64,000 bases of DNA, from IMG/VR virus record IMGVR_UViG_3300037313_000650; one strand, 5' to 3'. A program made the translations under genes and the position numbers. Position 1 is the first letter of the stretch. Every line of letters begins with the position of its first letter. The notes beneath the pieces are model-generated. The model made no database searches. It was not told the origin of the DNA and saw only the letters and a program-made list of their open reading frames with translations. Of the stretch, positions 21,097 to 31,741 are shown one piece after another. This DNA is from a virus. Its lineage: Duplodnaviria > Heunggongvirae > Uroviricota > Caudoviricetes.

Positions 21097-23040
21097 TTAA
21101 TATCTGTATGGATTTACTTTCCCACCTTTCTTTTGTTTACCCATTAATTGACCCCATGTAGGAGCATTACCCATATAAGGAGCCATTTGTGAGAAAGCTT
21201 TAGTTTTGATTAATGCAGCAATCACACTATCTGATAAACCTGAATTTCTTAAGTTTTGAATCTGAGAAACCATAGAATCCCAAGTATCACCACTAGTTCC
21301 AGACTGAACATCTAATATATTCTTATCATTACGTAAGAAATTACCTGTCTTCCAATCAAAGGAATATGCAGGTTTAGGACCAAGCGTAGCAAGGTTATAA
21401 GCAAGGGCTTGGTTAGTTTCTACATCTCTCATAACATTATTCATCCACTGATCTCCAAGATAACTTCTCATATTCCTGAAGTTAGTTCTACCAGTAGCAG
21501 CATCTCTCCAGTATTGTTGGTCAAATTGATTATTAGTATATAAATCTCTATTAATATTTTGATTGTTTATACCTCTCACTTGCTGCATTATCTGCTGGTT
21601 CTGGTTATCATATTGAGTTCTTATACCGGGAACTTGGTTAAGTAATTGCCCATATGCACCAGCAGCTTGTGCATTTCTTAATATAGGATTAAGAGTATTT
21701 AATGCTGTAATTTGTTGATTAGCAAGACCTTTTGCATCAGCAATTGTCTGTTCAGGATTTACTAAGTATGGGTCTTCTAATGTAGATTTAACATGTGACC
21801 TATATGGCATTTCTCTATCTACAGAAGCCCACTTGTAAGCATTGTACAATTGGGATTTTTTCTGCCAAGGGGTAAACTCCCAATTGATAGGAATACCATT
21901 TTGTGCATTACCTGTAACATCGTTAGGAGTGGGTGTAGGTGTATATGGGTTTTTTGTTGGAACAGGAGCAGAAGGTTTTGTATTAATTACAGGAATTTGC
22001 TCCAAAGCATCATCCCATCTAATCCCCCAAATACCATCATCTTCATGCCCTGCTGTAGGTTGACCATATTTATTGTGAAGACTGTCTACTACCTTCCTTC
22101 TTTCAGGGTCTCCAAGAATCCATCTCTGAAGAGAAAGATTATCCATTGGTCCAGTATATCCTCTGGCTTCTGCCAAGTTTGCAATCTGAGCAGCATTATA
22201 TTTAGAAGCATTACTTATACCATAGTTATTTTGGAATGTATTGTATTTATCTCCCGGATGTGGTATAAAATGATTATCAGGATTATAGGAACTCATAAAA
22301 CTAGGGAATAATGGGTTACTATATACAGGTCTTGTAAGCGGAATATTAGGATCATAATTAGTGGTAATAGCACCCATTTGTGCCTTTGGTAGATAAGGGT
22401 TATTTATCTTACCACCATATTTAGCATATTGCTTTTGTTCCATGATTTCATTCTTTAGATTTGTATCATATACAGGAGCAGTACCTTCTGCAAATTCAGG
22501 TACACCTTGAGGAAAATCTTTCTTTCCTTCTTGGATATAAGCTATATTTCCTAATGTGTTAGTATATTTCTGCAACATTAACATAGCACTCTTCTTCGAT
22601 AGCTCATCCTTTTTAGGATCATTCAGGATAGCCATTAAAGAATTATAGTGTTCCAAATCCACATTTCTTTCTACTACCTTTGCTGGAGTATTCTTATAAG
22701 GATTTGTTACTTTACCACCTTTCTTAAGTTCGAATAGATCATGGTCCTTCTCATCCAGAGCTAAGGTTTTATCATTGGAGAATATAAAAGAATCTGGTTC
22801 CAGAAATACATCTGTTCCACCCTGAGAGTGTTTCTTACCCTTAGCCTTAAACATAGCAGACATATCTGGTTTTAGAACCAGTTCGTCCTTTTCAATCTCA
22901 ACATTAGACCTGTAAGGATTTTCCTTAATAGTGGTGTTGATAGTTGGTTCTTTATATATAGAAGGCATCTCTTCAAGATTGTTCTGATAGTTCTCATTGA
23001 AGTGATACGTATCTTTATATGACATTTCTCCTTTTTTCAT
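21097..23040 (-). CDS. hypothetical virion protein (647 aa) carrying AKYGG and KKGGKVNPY short repeats
   Basis: Long ORF. Shares the K-Y/K-Q-K/R-G-G motif and the C-terminal KKGGK.NPY motif with the two upstream proteins. Confidence 0.6.
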   Translation of the reverse strand: MKKGEMSYKDTYHFNENYQNNLEEMPSIYKEPTINTTIKENPYRSNVEIEKDELVLKPDMSAMFKAKGKKHSQGGTDVFLEPDSFIFSNDKTLALDEKDHDLFELKKGGKVTNPYKNTPAKVVERNVDLEHYNSLMAILNDPKKDELSKKSAMLMLQKYTNTLGNIAYIQEGKKDFPQGVPEFAEGTAPVYDTNLKNEIMEQKQYAKYGGKINNPYLPKAQMGAITTNYDPNIPLTRPVYSNPLFPSFMSSYNPDNHFIPHPGDKYNTFQNNYGISNASKYNAAQIANLAEARGYTGPMDNLSLQRWILGDPERRKVVDSLHNKYGQPTAGHEDDGIWGIRWDDALEQIPVINTKPSAPVPTKNPYTPTPTPNDVTGNAQNGIPINWEFTPWQKKSQLYNAYKWASVDREMPYRSHVKSTLEDPYLVNPEQTIADAKGLANQQITALNTLNPILRNAQAAGAYGQLLNQVPGIRTQYDNQNQQIMQQVRGINNQNINRDLYTNNQFDQQYWRDAATGRTNFRNMRSYLGDQWMNNVMRDVETNQALAYNLATLGPKPAYSFDWKTGNFLRNDKNILDVQSGTSGDTWDSMVSQIQNLRNSGLSDSVIAALIKTKAFSQMAPYMGNAPTWGQLMGKQKKGGKVNPYRY

Positions 23041-23046
23041 TATATA

Positions 23047-25806
23047 TTATTTATATGGATTAAATTTGCCACCTTTTTTCTTTTTATTTGATATTGCTGC
23101 TGTTCCTATTATTGCTGGAACTGCTACTGGTGCATTATTCATTAACCATTTGAATTGCTTTTTATCTTTTAAGAGTTCGAAAAATCTAGGGTCTACACTT
23201 GTCTTTCCATCTAATCCTTCTTCGATAATACCATTAACCATATTTGATGTAACATCAGTTTCTGGTTTTAATCCATATGTTTTTCTCAATTCACCAATTC
23301 TTGCATGAATCTCAGTAGGATTAGTAAGATATTTATCATACTTAGATACTACTATTGGATCATCTAATTCAAAAGCTTTTGAAAAAGCTTTTCTAGCATT
23401 ATCAGTTAATCCTATTTCCCCATTGGTTAATTTATGAACACCTTCATGTACTGTTGTATTTGGTATATCAAAATTACCATATTTAAATTCAGGATGTGCT
23501 ATATCTACCCAAGCATCTTTACTATTACGATAGTATACACCTAAACTATTTTGTGTTAATTTATCAGTAGTTGGATATACTATATCTTGCCCTGATAATA
23601 AATCATCCATATTTTGATAACCTATCTTTGCAGCAGTTGGTCCCTTTAAAGAACGATTTATATTTATACTGCCCACTTTTTTAGAATTTATATAATCTGA
23701 AAGTTCAGCCATCATTACATCACGATCATCAACTTGTCTTTTAAGTGGTGTATGCATAAAGTTCTTATATCTTTCCTGAGATATAGGATTAGAGTACCAA
23801 TCTTTTAACCATTGATTACCTTCAGCAACCTGTGATTCTAATTCATTTAAAAGTTTTGGAGAATTTTTAACAATCTGCCTATGAAGTCCTTTAGTAACTA
23901 AAGCTCTAGCACCTAAAGCACCATCTAATAACATTGCTCCTTCTGTTAAATCTCCAGCTACTTTCTGAATAGGAGCTATTTTTTCACCTAAATTATATAA
24001 AGGTTTCTGTCCAAGTGGCCTACCTGTTTCGTCTGTATTATATCCTGCATCTTCCCAATATGCTTGCTTCTTAGCAATCATATTAGCTTTCTGTACTTCA
24101 TCTAAGATAGGAGCAGTACCTACTCTACCATTAGAAGCTAATCTTTTCTTTTCACCTTGAAATACTTTATCTCTTGCTTGTTCTATTGTTTCAGGATTTA
24201 TATTACGTGGAAGTTGGTCAGCAAAATGATTCTGTATATCTCCTGATTGAGGTTTATATAGATTATTATAAAAAGAAGGAGGTAATGTACCACCTCTTTG
24301 ATACTTCTTCATGGAACCACCATACTTTGCTTCGTTTGAGTTCGATTGCTCAATACTTGCAATATTATTATTAAGCCATATTATAGAATCATCGTCAAAG
24401 TGTTTGCTTAATCTCTGATAGATAAAGCTATTTTTTATATTGGGATTATTTTTAATTTTCTCAAATGTTTTCTTATCTAAATCTCCTTTACGAGTATCAT
24501 ATAAACCATTCTTGTACATTAGGTATCTTAATGCATTCAAATCTGAATATTGTTCATCAGGTTGGAAATCATGATTATTAGGAGTTTTACTAAGAAATTC
24601 ACTATAACCATTTCTTTTATAATCACTCACACTATTGCTAAATTTTTCATACAACTCACCAGCTTTAGGATTAATTTCTTCATGTGCAAAATTACCTTCT
24701 TCAAGTTTAGTAAGTCTTCTCATATTATGACTATGCTCATGTGGTAAAATTTCAGAATATAAGCTAGAATTAAGTTTCTTTGCCTGACTTTGATCTAATA
24801 CTACAGACCTATTCGGATAACCTTGCGATTGAGCAGTAATTTCATTTTTAAAAGCTTGACTACCAGTAGGACGAGATTCAACAACTAATGGATTATATCT
24901 ATTCACTTGATAGCCCATCCATTGCTTAGGAAATTCATAGTCACCTTCACCATTCATTTTTGTGTATCTTTCCTTGAATTTATCTCCTGTCATATAAGAA
25001 TTTAAGAATCCTATAGGACCAGTTATATTCCCACCTCTTTGATACCTTTTACCTTTTGGTTCTACGTGGTAGTGGTTATTATGATATACTACATCGTATT
25101 TACCTCTTAACATTTGTTGGTATGAACTAGGAAGTTTAGCCCAATCAGAAGGTTTCATATCTACAGCATCTCCTGTTAAGTGCCATGAATTAGGTACTCC
25201 AAATCCCTGATTTATCAGTTGTTGTTGTTTTTCAGGGGTACGGAATACTGAATTGAATTGTGGTGTATAACCTAATCCAGAAGAAATATCTCCAATAATT
25301 TGTTTACCAAAATCACCTACTTTTTCTTTACGGAAGTCATAGTTTGCAGACTGTGTATAAGGGTTGTCAAAATCCTGCATAGCTACAGATAAAGCCGTTA
25401 GATAATTTTCTTTATCATTCAGTTGCTTTTCTCTTGCTGCGTACTGTTGTTGTAGTTCCTCTTCAGAAGGAGCAGTAGGTTGTTGCTCTTTCTGTTTTGG
25501 TTTTACATCTTCTTCATCATCTTCGAATAGGAAGTTGTATAAATCTTCAGCAGAATATCCACCTTTTTGTTTTTTGATTCCTCCTTTTTTAGCAAGAGGG
25601 ATTTCCTTTACCTTCTTACCTCTGAATTTGTGAGTTCCAGAGAAAGGAGGTAACACCTTAGAATATCCTGTTTCATCTACAGCAAGTAAGGGAATATCTG
25701 TGTTAGACATATCAATTAAACCTTGTGGAGTGTTTATATTAATATAAGGATTATTCCTATACGGACTGCCGACTGCATAACCTAATATTGATTTTTTATC
25801 AATCAT
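23047..25806 (-). CDS. large virion protein with a peptidase M15 (LAS-family, VanY/L-Ala-D-Glu peptidase-like) peptidoglycan hydrolase domain
   Basis: SSGLGY...FRTPEKQQQL...NSWHLTGDAVD matches the LAS signature SxHxxGxAxD preceded by SGYR...Q. A downstream YHNNHYHVEP His cluster is present. There is also a HEHSH (HExxH) motif and the repeated KYQRGG and AKYGG motifs. Confidence 0.65.
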   Translation of the reverse strand: MIDKKSILGYAVGSPYRNNPYININTPQGLIDMSNTDIPLLAVDETGYSKVLPPFSGTHKFRGKKVKEIPLAKKGGIKKQKGGYSAEDLYNFLFEDDEEDVKPKQKEQQPTAPSEEELQQQYAAREKQLNDKENYLTALSVAMQDFDNPYTQSANYDFRKEKVGDFGKQIIGDISSGLGYTPQFNSVFRTPEKQQQLINQGFGVPNSWHLTGDAVDMKPSDWAKLPSSYQQMLRGKYDVVYHNNHYHVEPKGKRYQRGGNITGPIGFLNSYMTGDKFKERYTKMNGEGDYEFPKQWMGYQVNRYNPLVVESRPTGSQAFKNEITAQSQGYPNRSVVLDQSQAKKLNSSLYSEILPHEHSHNMRRLTKLEEGNFAHEEINPKAGELYEKFSNSVSDYKRNGYSEFLSKTPNNHDFQPDEQYSDLNALRYLMYKNGLYDTRKGDLDKKTFEKIKNNPNIKNSFIYQRLSKHFDDDSIIWLNNNIASIEQSNSNEAKYGGSMKKYQRGGTLPPSFYNNLYKPQSGDIQNHFADQLPRNINPETIEQARDKVFQGEKKRLASNGRVGTAPILDEVQKANMIAKKQAYWEDAGYNTDETGRPLGQKPLYNLGEKIAPIQKVAGDLTEGAMLLDGALGARALVTKGLHRQIVKNSPKLLNELESQVAEGNQWLKDWYSNPISQERYKNFMHTPLKRQVDDRDVMMAELSDYINSKKVGSININRSLKGPTAAKIGYQNMDDLLSGQDIVYPTTDKLTQNSLGVYYRNSKDAWVDIAHPEFKYGNFDIPNTTVHEGVHKLTNGEIGLTDNARKAFSKAFELDDPIVVSKYDKYLTNPTEIHARIGELRKTYGLKPETDVTSNMVNGIIEEGLDGKTSVDPRFFELLKDKKQFKWLMNNAPVAVPAIIGTAAISNKKKKGGKFNPYK

Positions 25807-27065
25807 TTTCCTCTGTATTTTACGTTACCACCATACTTCTTTAAACTACCGCCATATTTAGCATACATAGAGTACGGATTAGGTTGGAAATCCTGATATG
25901 GTAGTGCATCTCTTTGACCTAAAGTAGATTGCTGATTATAGAAGTATTGATCTTGTCTTTTTCTCTCTGCTCTACCTGAAAGTTCAGCAAGTCCTACTGT
26001 TGCTGCTCTCATAGCAAAGTAAGGATTATATGGACTTTTTTGTTTAGGTACAACAACTTGAAAATCATTAGGTGTACCTTTACTTTGTTCTTCCTGATCT
26101 ATTTTAAACAAATCTTCACCATCTACCTTAGGTCTTATGATGTTCTGATTTGGTTGTATGAAATCATAATTAGTTTCAGTGTTTGGTTTAAGTTGTACAA
26201 TTGGCTCACCTGTTATAGGATCAAAAGGTCCACCACTTTGATATTTTGATAAACTACCACCTAATCTTTTTTTAAAACGTGGGAGATTTAATACAGATGC
26301 ATCTACATCTATATTATGACCATTTCTATCCTCGTACCAATAATTGCTTCCATCTCCCTGAATATCAGAAAGATTTACATACCAAGGAACATTGTATTGT
26401 TTCTTTACAGATGGAGAATTGTCTACAAATGGTAATCCTGTTTTACCATCTATAAATGGTACTACAGGGTCTCCAACTTTCTTTGCTACATACACATCCT
26501 GAGGGTTAAGTACGCCATTATTATTAGCAAATCTTCTTGCTGTAAAAGATTTAGCAAATGCATTTGCAGCATCTAATTCAGCTTGAGTTTTATACACCTG
26601 TGGTTTTGTAGGGTCTAATGCAGCAAGAGAAACAGCCAAACTTGCTACTCCACCTTTCTGATACTTTGGAGCAGGAAGATATACATCACTGTCATCACCT
26701 TTTAAATACATTATAGGATTTAATTGGTTGTTTATTTTATCAATATCTTTTTTAGACAGTTTATATTTCTTATTTTCTCCTGCATTTAAAATAGAATTGA
26801 ATTGGTTAACTTTATATCCGAGTAATGTTGGTGTAAGTTGTTTATTGACAACCATTTGACTAATTGCATGAGGGATTTGATTAGCTGCGAGGCTATCACC
26901 GGGATATGTAACAAAACCATTATTCAGAGGAATTGAACCTTGTGCAGAGCTATATGCTTGCCAAGCTTTATCCAAAGCTACTTGTTCAGGAGTTACATGT
27001 GGATAGGAGTTATATAAATCTCCTTTTAGACCACCTTTTTGATATTTTTTACCTCTATATTTCAT
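25803..27065 (-). CDS. hypothetical virion protein (420 aa), rich in KYQKGG and KYGG repeats
   Basis: ORF whose start and stop overlap its neighbours by 4 nt. The motif occurs at the N-terminus (MKYRGKKYQKGG), twice internally, and at the C-terminus (AKYGGSLKKYGGNVKYRGK). Confidence 0.6.
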   Translation of the reverse strand: MKYRGKKYQKGGLKGDLYNSYPHVTPEQVALDKAWQAYSSAQGSIPLNNGFVTYPGDSLAANQIPHAISQMVVNKQLTPTLLGYKVNQFNSILNAGENKKYKLSKKDIDKINNQLNPIMYLKGDDSDVYLPAPKYQKGGVASLAVSLAALDPTKPQVYKTQAELDAANAFAKSFTARRFANNNGVLNPQDVYVAKKVGDPVVPFIDGKTGLPFVDNSPSVKKQYNVPWYVNLSDIQGDGSNYWYEDRNGHNIDVDASVLNLPRFKKRLGGSLSKYQSGGPFDPITGEPIVQLKPNTETNYDFIQPNQNIIRPKVDGEDLFKIDQEEQSKGTPNDFQVVVPKQKSPYNPYFAMRAATVGLAELSGRAERKRQDQYFYNQQSTLGQRDALPYQDFQPNPYSMYAKYGGSLKKYGGNVKYRGK

Positions 27066-30000
27066 CGTAGTGAGATTAATTTTTTCACGTTTGTTAATTT
27101 ACAGATAAACTTGTTAGCTCCAGATACAGTTTTGATAAATAGGAATTTGTTCCACATACTGCGGAACTTTTTTCTTTGATCTTCTGGTTTATCTATATCT
27201 ATAGCTAATGGATTTATTATCCTTTTATATCCTGATTCATCAGTTGGGAATAGATGAGATTCAGCATTAGTAAACTCTCCTCTATCTTTTACACTATCCC
27301 AAAATTGGTTGATATGGTATTTACCACCTTCTTTGAAGTATAGAATATCATAAGATACATTTGTAGAGGTGTTTTTCTTAGGCCATTCTAGATTCAATTC
27401 AGGGTCCATAGTACCATAATTTAGATTCAATACAGGGGATATTTGTTCTGAATTATGTACTATAAGTCTATCAAAGTTTTCGTGGTGAACATGAAATCTA
27501 TCTCTACCAAAGTTTTTATATTTATATACTTCTAATAAGTATTCTAATGAACGTACAGTGTGTTCTTGTTGCCCTGAAGTAGAAACAAATTCCAACTCAA
27601 ATGGATAATCTTTACCATAAAAGTTACAGAATGAGCTAAAGGATTCGTTATGTTTCCATACTCCATTATCCTTAACTGTCATGAAATGATTGTCTGTCTG
27701 AATAACCAGATCGGGATACCAATCATGCCATGAGATGAAGGATTTATCTAAGGGAGAATACGATATTGTCCAGCTTGCATCATTAAAGTACCTTGTATCT
27801 CTAACAGATATTTTATTCGATTTGTAATAGAATTGATTATTTTCATAAGTAATATCATTTATGTACTCCCTCTTAGGTACAAAGTCTCTTTTAGTGATAT
27901 ATACTGTCTCGTAATTTGAATCGAATGCAGTTAAATACCCTACTCCAGATACAGGATTTTCTACTTCTGGATATTCAGGGAAATAGTTATACAGAAGTAT
28001 AGGCATATAGTTTTTACACCATTGAGATACACCTTCTCTGGAAATATCATCTAAACTTTCTGTAAAATTGATGATTCTACCTTGACTTTCAGAAGGATAG
28101 AACCTACCCAAGTGTGTATTTGAAAACGCATATTTAGAGTTACATGAACCATAATTATTATCTGTAGGCATGATTTCTCTTGGGTCTTGTGCAAATAAAC
28201 CACCATCACCAATAGTTATCTTTCTACCAGATTGTTCCAGTTCCAGAAAATCTCTACCCATTGACACATAAGGAGAAGACTTTGAGAATAGGAATATTAG
28301 TCTGTCTTGATCCAGCTTGTGAATACCTGTTAGTTGTCCAAAATCAGCCTCATTAAATGCAAAGAAATTAGCTGGTAAGAAATACTGCCAATTGTCTACA
28401 TTCTGTAGATTGAACGAAGGGAGTGAATAAATTACTGAGTTTGGTTGATTTACAGGAATTGGGTTTGCAGGATCAAAATCATACCTCTGCTGTTGAGCAA
28501 ATATTTCAGTTGTATATATATCTGAATAAGCTCTTGATATTTTAAACTCTTCAGGGAATTCTAACCTATCTGATCTGAAGATTTGAGATAGATTATTGTT
28601 AGTTTTTGAGTAGTGAGGATATTGAGTTTTTTCCCTGTAATCTACATTATAATCAGCTTCTACAAAGAACTCCATCACACAGTTGTTTGACAAATACATA
28701 TAAGCATCGTCAATACGTACTGGAGATTTCTTATCATCTTTTGCACAATCCAGATTATGTTTGGAAGTTGTGGTACGAGTGAACTTTGTAAAGTTGATAG
28801 TTGTCTGATTCAGAAGTTCAGAGTAATCATACTTTGTAGAATCCAGCCAGAATCTAGGATAACCAATGTTTCTATATAGTCTATAATCATACTCTACACC
28901 ATCAGCGTAATTAATATTTGCTAAGTTCTGATTAAAGAACTGCATTCTTTTCTGTACATGGAACTTGGTAATTATACAATCACCACCGTATAAAATTGGA
29001 GATTCTGTTACATCTCCATCAGAGAATTGTAACATTCCAGAATGCATAGAAACTGGATTAGCTGAACCTAATTGGCCGTACTGGTTAGGGTTCTGTACCT
29101 TAGATGTAGCATAGAATACAGAACCAGTAGATTTTACTTTATCTGTAGGTCTATCGGCTATACCAAAGCCAGATATGGTTTTTCTAGAATTATCTTTTAT
29201 AGTAGGGTCTAATATTTCCTTGTTTAGTTCAAAATAAACTGATTTTTCTCTTAAGAAATTGTTAAACACATTATCATCTATACTAATAACATCAGAAGGT
29301 ACATAAACTGCATCTCTTTTTAATCTTCTTCTCTTGTTACCAGATTTGACAGGGATAGACTGATTAAACAATGCATGTGCATTGTATTGATATACGTAGT
29401 CTGTATATCCAGTAAAATTGTAAATTATATCCAATACTTCCTGAGCATAGCGGATTGTACTAACAATAGATAACGCTGCTGTTAATCCCAGATCAGCAAT
29501 AAGCTTAAGTACAGATTTTATAGTTTTTATATAAGCTTTAATTCCACCAACATCTCCCTTTTTGATTGACTTAATAAGGTCTTGTAAAGCTTTAATGTCA
29601 TCAGCTACACCAGAACCAGTAATAGAGAGGGCTGAACCACCTCCTTTAGAAATTGCTGAACCTGTAGTACTAACATTACCGAAATCACTAGTTCCATTAT
29701 AATTGAAACTGGTACTACCTGTAGCATCTCCTTTATCAGTAGTCTTACCATCAAATTGCTGATTAGTAGTAAATTTTTGCTGGTTTTTCAAACCTTGTGC
29801 TTCGAAATAAGTTTCAATACCACCTATAGCAAGGGATACCCAAAATGAAAACTGATTTAATAGTTTCAGTTTAGGGTGCTTATATACAATCTCAAATTGG
29901 CCTGTCACATCAGCTACTTCTACTGCTTCTATCTTTACTTCATTACCTAAATGATAACGTGGTTCAAAAGAGGTGTGAGGAGAATAAAAGTTGAACTTAT

Positions 30001-31741
30001 CTTTATGATAATCAGCAAGTGGACTAAAAAATTCTTCTTTACCATTCTTAAATCTTGTTTGAGTAGATGAAATGTATTGGTCAGGAGAAAGGTCATTTAC
30101 AGTGTAGTTAGAATATAGAACAGTTTGTTTTGTTTGCTGATCTGTATAGGAACGTACATTAGTCATGATACCTCTTGCTACTACTGTACCATTTCCACCT
30201 TTTCTATCTGAACGGGTAATTTTGTACCCTACAATATGAGGATTGTTGAACTTGGGTATGTTTTTTAAACGAATACCTAAGATGTTAATATAAGTTTTAC
30301 CATTAACTACAGAATAACGTGGAACTTTAACTTCATCAGGAAATTTATGATAACGAATAGGTTTACCAGCATCCTCACCAAACATTGCAGGATTATCAGG
30401 ATATACTTCTGTAGATTCAAAATACCCCATTTTACCCCTACCTAATACTCTTCTATTACAGAAGAACTCATTGCTATAAGGGATCATTTCTCCAGCAGTG
30501 TTTTCTACCATCCATTTAGGGACTCTATCAGGCTTATTACAATCCTTAAATTGTTCGTCTAGTTCATATACGTCTGCACCTGAAGCAAGGGCTAAATCCT
30601 TGTCTGTAGCCTTCCTACCACCAATATGCCATTTATCAGTTTCCTCACCAGTATCATATATACCCTGAATATACAGATCGTAGTTTTCATCTCTGTAAAA
30701 CCCTACATCAGCACCATCATTTCTATAATAGTCAGCCTCTACTTGTTCTACTACATACTCAACATCAATTTGCATAGCTTTTAACTGGTAGTTTTCTTCC
30801 TGTCTTCCAACTAAATCACCTAAAATGAGATAGTTTGAATTAGAAGAAATAATACCCACCTTTTCCCAAGTCTTCTTTTTTACTACAAGTTTAGATAGAG
30901 GAACTTCAATGTATGAAGGGTTTATGAAGTCAGTTACGGCAATCTTGGTAGTTTTTGTAGAATATTCTCCTATATTTTTGGCAACCTTTGTTACTCCCTT
31001 AGTTACAGGATCAATATAGTTACCTACTACAATAAGAGAAAATTTCTTAAATTCAGTGTCCAGATTTGATAATTCCAAATGAATAGAGTTAGCACTATCT
31101 TCAGAATACAGGGTAATTCTATTTGTTATAGATAAAATATCAGAGAAGATTTGTCCATCTACAGAATAGGTAATTGCAATGGAATATGTACCATTTGGTA
31201 CAGTTCCTATATTACCTTTTTTATATTTGATATTTGGAAGCTTTATTTTCTTGAACAATAAAGTATTATTACAGTCGGTAATGGTAGGAAGTTTGTTTAA
31301 TTCTACCCTCTTTGTAAGTTGATTCTTGTCAGTAAAGGTTACAATAGTTCCTTTCTGAAACATCTTTTTAGCTACTCCAGTAATAGGAAAGTTCTGATTA
31401 AAACCCCAACAAGAGTTATTATTTAGAGTTTTATAGGTACAAGTTTTTCTGTTTCCTATACCTATTTCAGAATTAGTATCATCTGTAGAGAAGATTAAAT
31501 CTTCTCCATCAGGAAGAGGAATAGCACCTATAATTTTATAAGGAGCAGAATAACACAACTCATTAGAAGGTTCATTTCCAATAGTTCCTAAATCACCTTC
31601 TTTTGATGTTCTTACAGCATTTCTTGCATGAGAATATTGCTCATGTGAAATGTATGAAGAATTCAATTCAGTTACTAATGCAGCTTTAGATGTTGTATTA
31701 GTATCTACAGTTGATGTATTCTGTAAGTTATTATTAGGCAT
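27062..31741 (-). CDS. large structural protein (1559 aa), possibly a tail or muzzle component
   Basis: 4.7-kb ORF inside the virion-protein operon. Thr/Ser/Asn-rich with a Gly/Ser-rich segment. No catalytic motif recognised. Confidence 0.55.
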   Translation of the reverse strand: MPNNNLQNTSTVDTNTTSKAALVTELNSSYISHEQYSHARNAVRTSKEGDLGTIGNEPSNELCYSAPYKIIGAIPLPDGEDLIFSTDDTNSEIGIGNRKTCTYKTLNNNSCWGFNQNFPITGVAKKMFQKGTIVTFTDKNQLTKRVELNKLPTITDCNNTLLFKKIKLPNIKYKKGNIGTVPNGTYSIAITYSVDGQIFSDILSITNRITLYSEDSANSIHLELSNLDTEFKKFSLIVVGNYIDPVTKGVTKVAKNIGEYSTKTTKIAVTDFINPSYIEVPLSKLVVKKKTWEKVGIISSNSNYLILGDLVGRQEENYQLKAMQIDVEYVVEQVEADYYRNDGADVGFYRDENYDLYIQGIYDTGEETDKWHIGGRKATDKDLALASGADVYELDEQFKDCNKPDRVPKWMVENTAGEMIPYSNEFFCNRRVLGRGKMGYFESTEVYPDNPAMFGEDAGKPIRYHKFPDEVKVPRYSVVNGKTYINILGIRLKNIPKFNNPHIVGYKITRSDRKGGNGTVVARGIMTNVRSYTDQQTKQTVLYSNYTVNDLSPDQYISSTQTRFKNGKEEFFSPLADYHKDKFNFYSPHTSFEPRYHLGNEVKIEAVEVADVTGQFEIVYKHPKLKLLNQFSFWVSLAIGGIETYFEAQGLKNQQKFTTNQQFDGKTTDKGDATGSTSFNYNGTSDFGNVSTTGSAISKGGGSALSITGSGVADDIKALQDLIKSIKKGDVGGIKAYIKTIKSVLKLIADLGLTAALSIVSTIRYAQEVLDIIYNFTGYTDYVYQYNAHALFNQSIPVKSGNKRRRLKRDAVYVPSDVISIDDNVFNNFLREKSVYFELNKEILDPTIKDNSRKTISGFGIADRPTDKVKSTGSVFYATSKVQNPNQYGQLGSANPVSMHSGMLQFSDGDVTESPILYGGDCIITKFHVQKRMQFFNQNLANINYADGVEYDYRLYRNIGYPRFWLDSTKYDYSELLNQTTINFTKFTRTTTSKHNLDCAKDDKKSPVRIDDAYMYLSNNCVMEFFVEADYNVDYREKTQYPHYSKTNNNLSQIFRSDRLEFPEEFKISRAYSDIYTTEIFAQQQRYDFDPANPIPVNQPNSVIYSLPSFNLQNVDNWQYFLPANFFAFNEADFGQLTGIHKLDQDRLIFLFSKSSPYVSMGRDFLELEQSGRKITIGDGGLFAQDPREIMPTDNNYGSCNSKYAFSNTHLGRFYPSESQGRIINFTESLDDISREGVSQWCKNYMPILLYNYFPEYPEVENPVSGVGYLTAFDSNYETVYITKRDFVPKREYINDITYENNQFYYKSNKISVRDTRYFNDASWTISYSPLDKSFISWHDWYPDLVIQTDNHFMTVKDNGVWKHNESFSSFCNFYGKDYPFELEFVSTSGQQEHTVRSLEYLLEVYKYKNFGRDRFHVHHENFDRLIVHNSEQISPVLNLNYGTMDPELNLEWPKKNTSTNVSYDILYFKEGGKYHINQFWDSVKDRGEFTNAESHLFPTDESGYKRIINPLAIDIDKPEDQRKKFRSMWNKFLFIKTVSGANKFICKLTNVKKLISLR

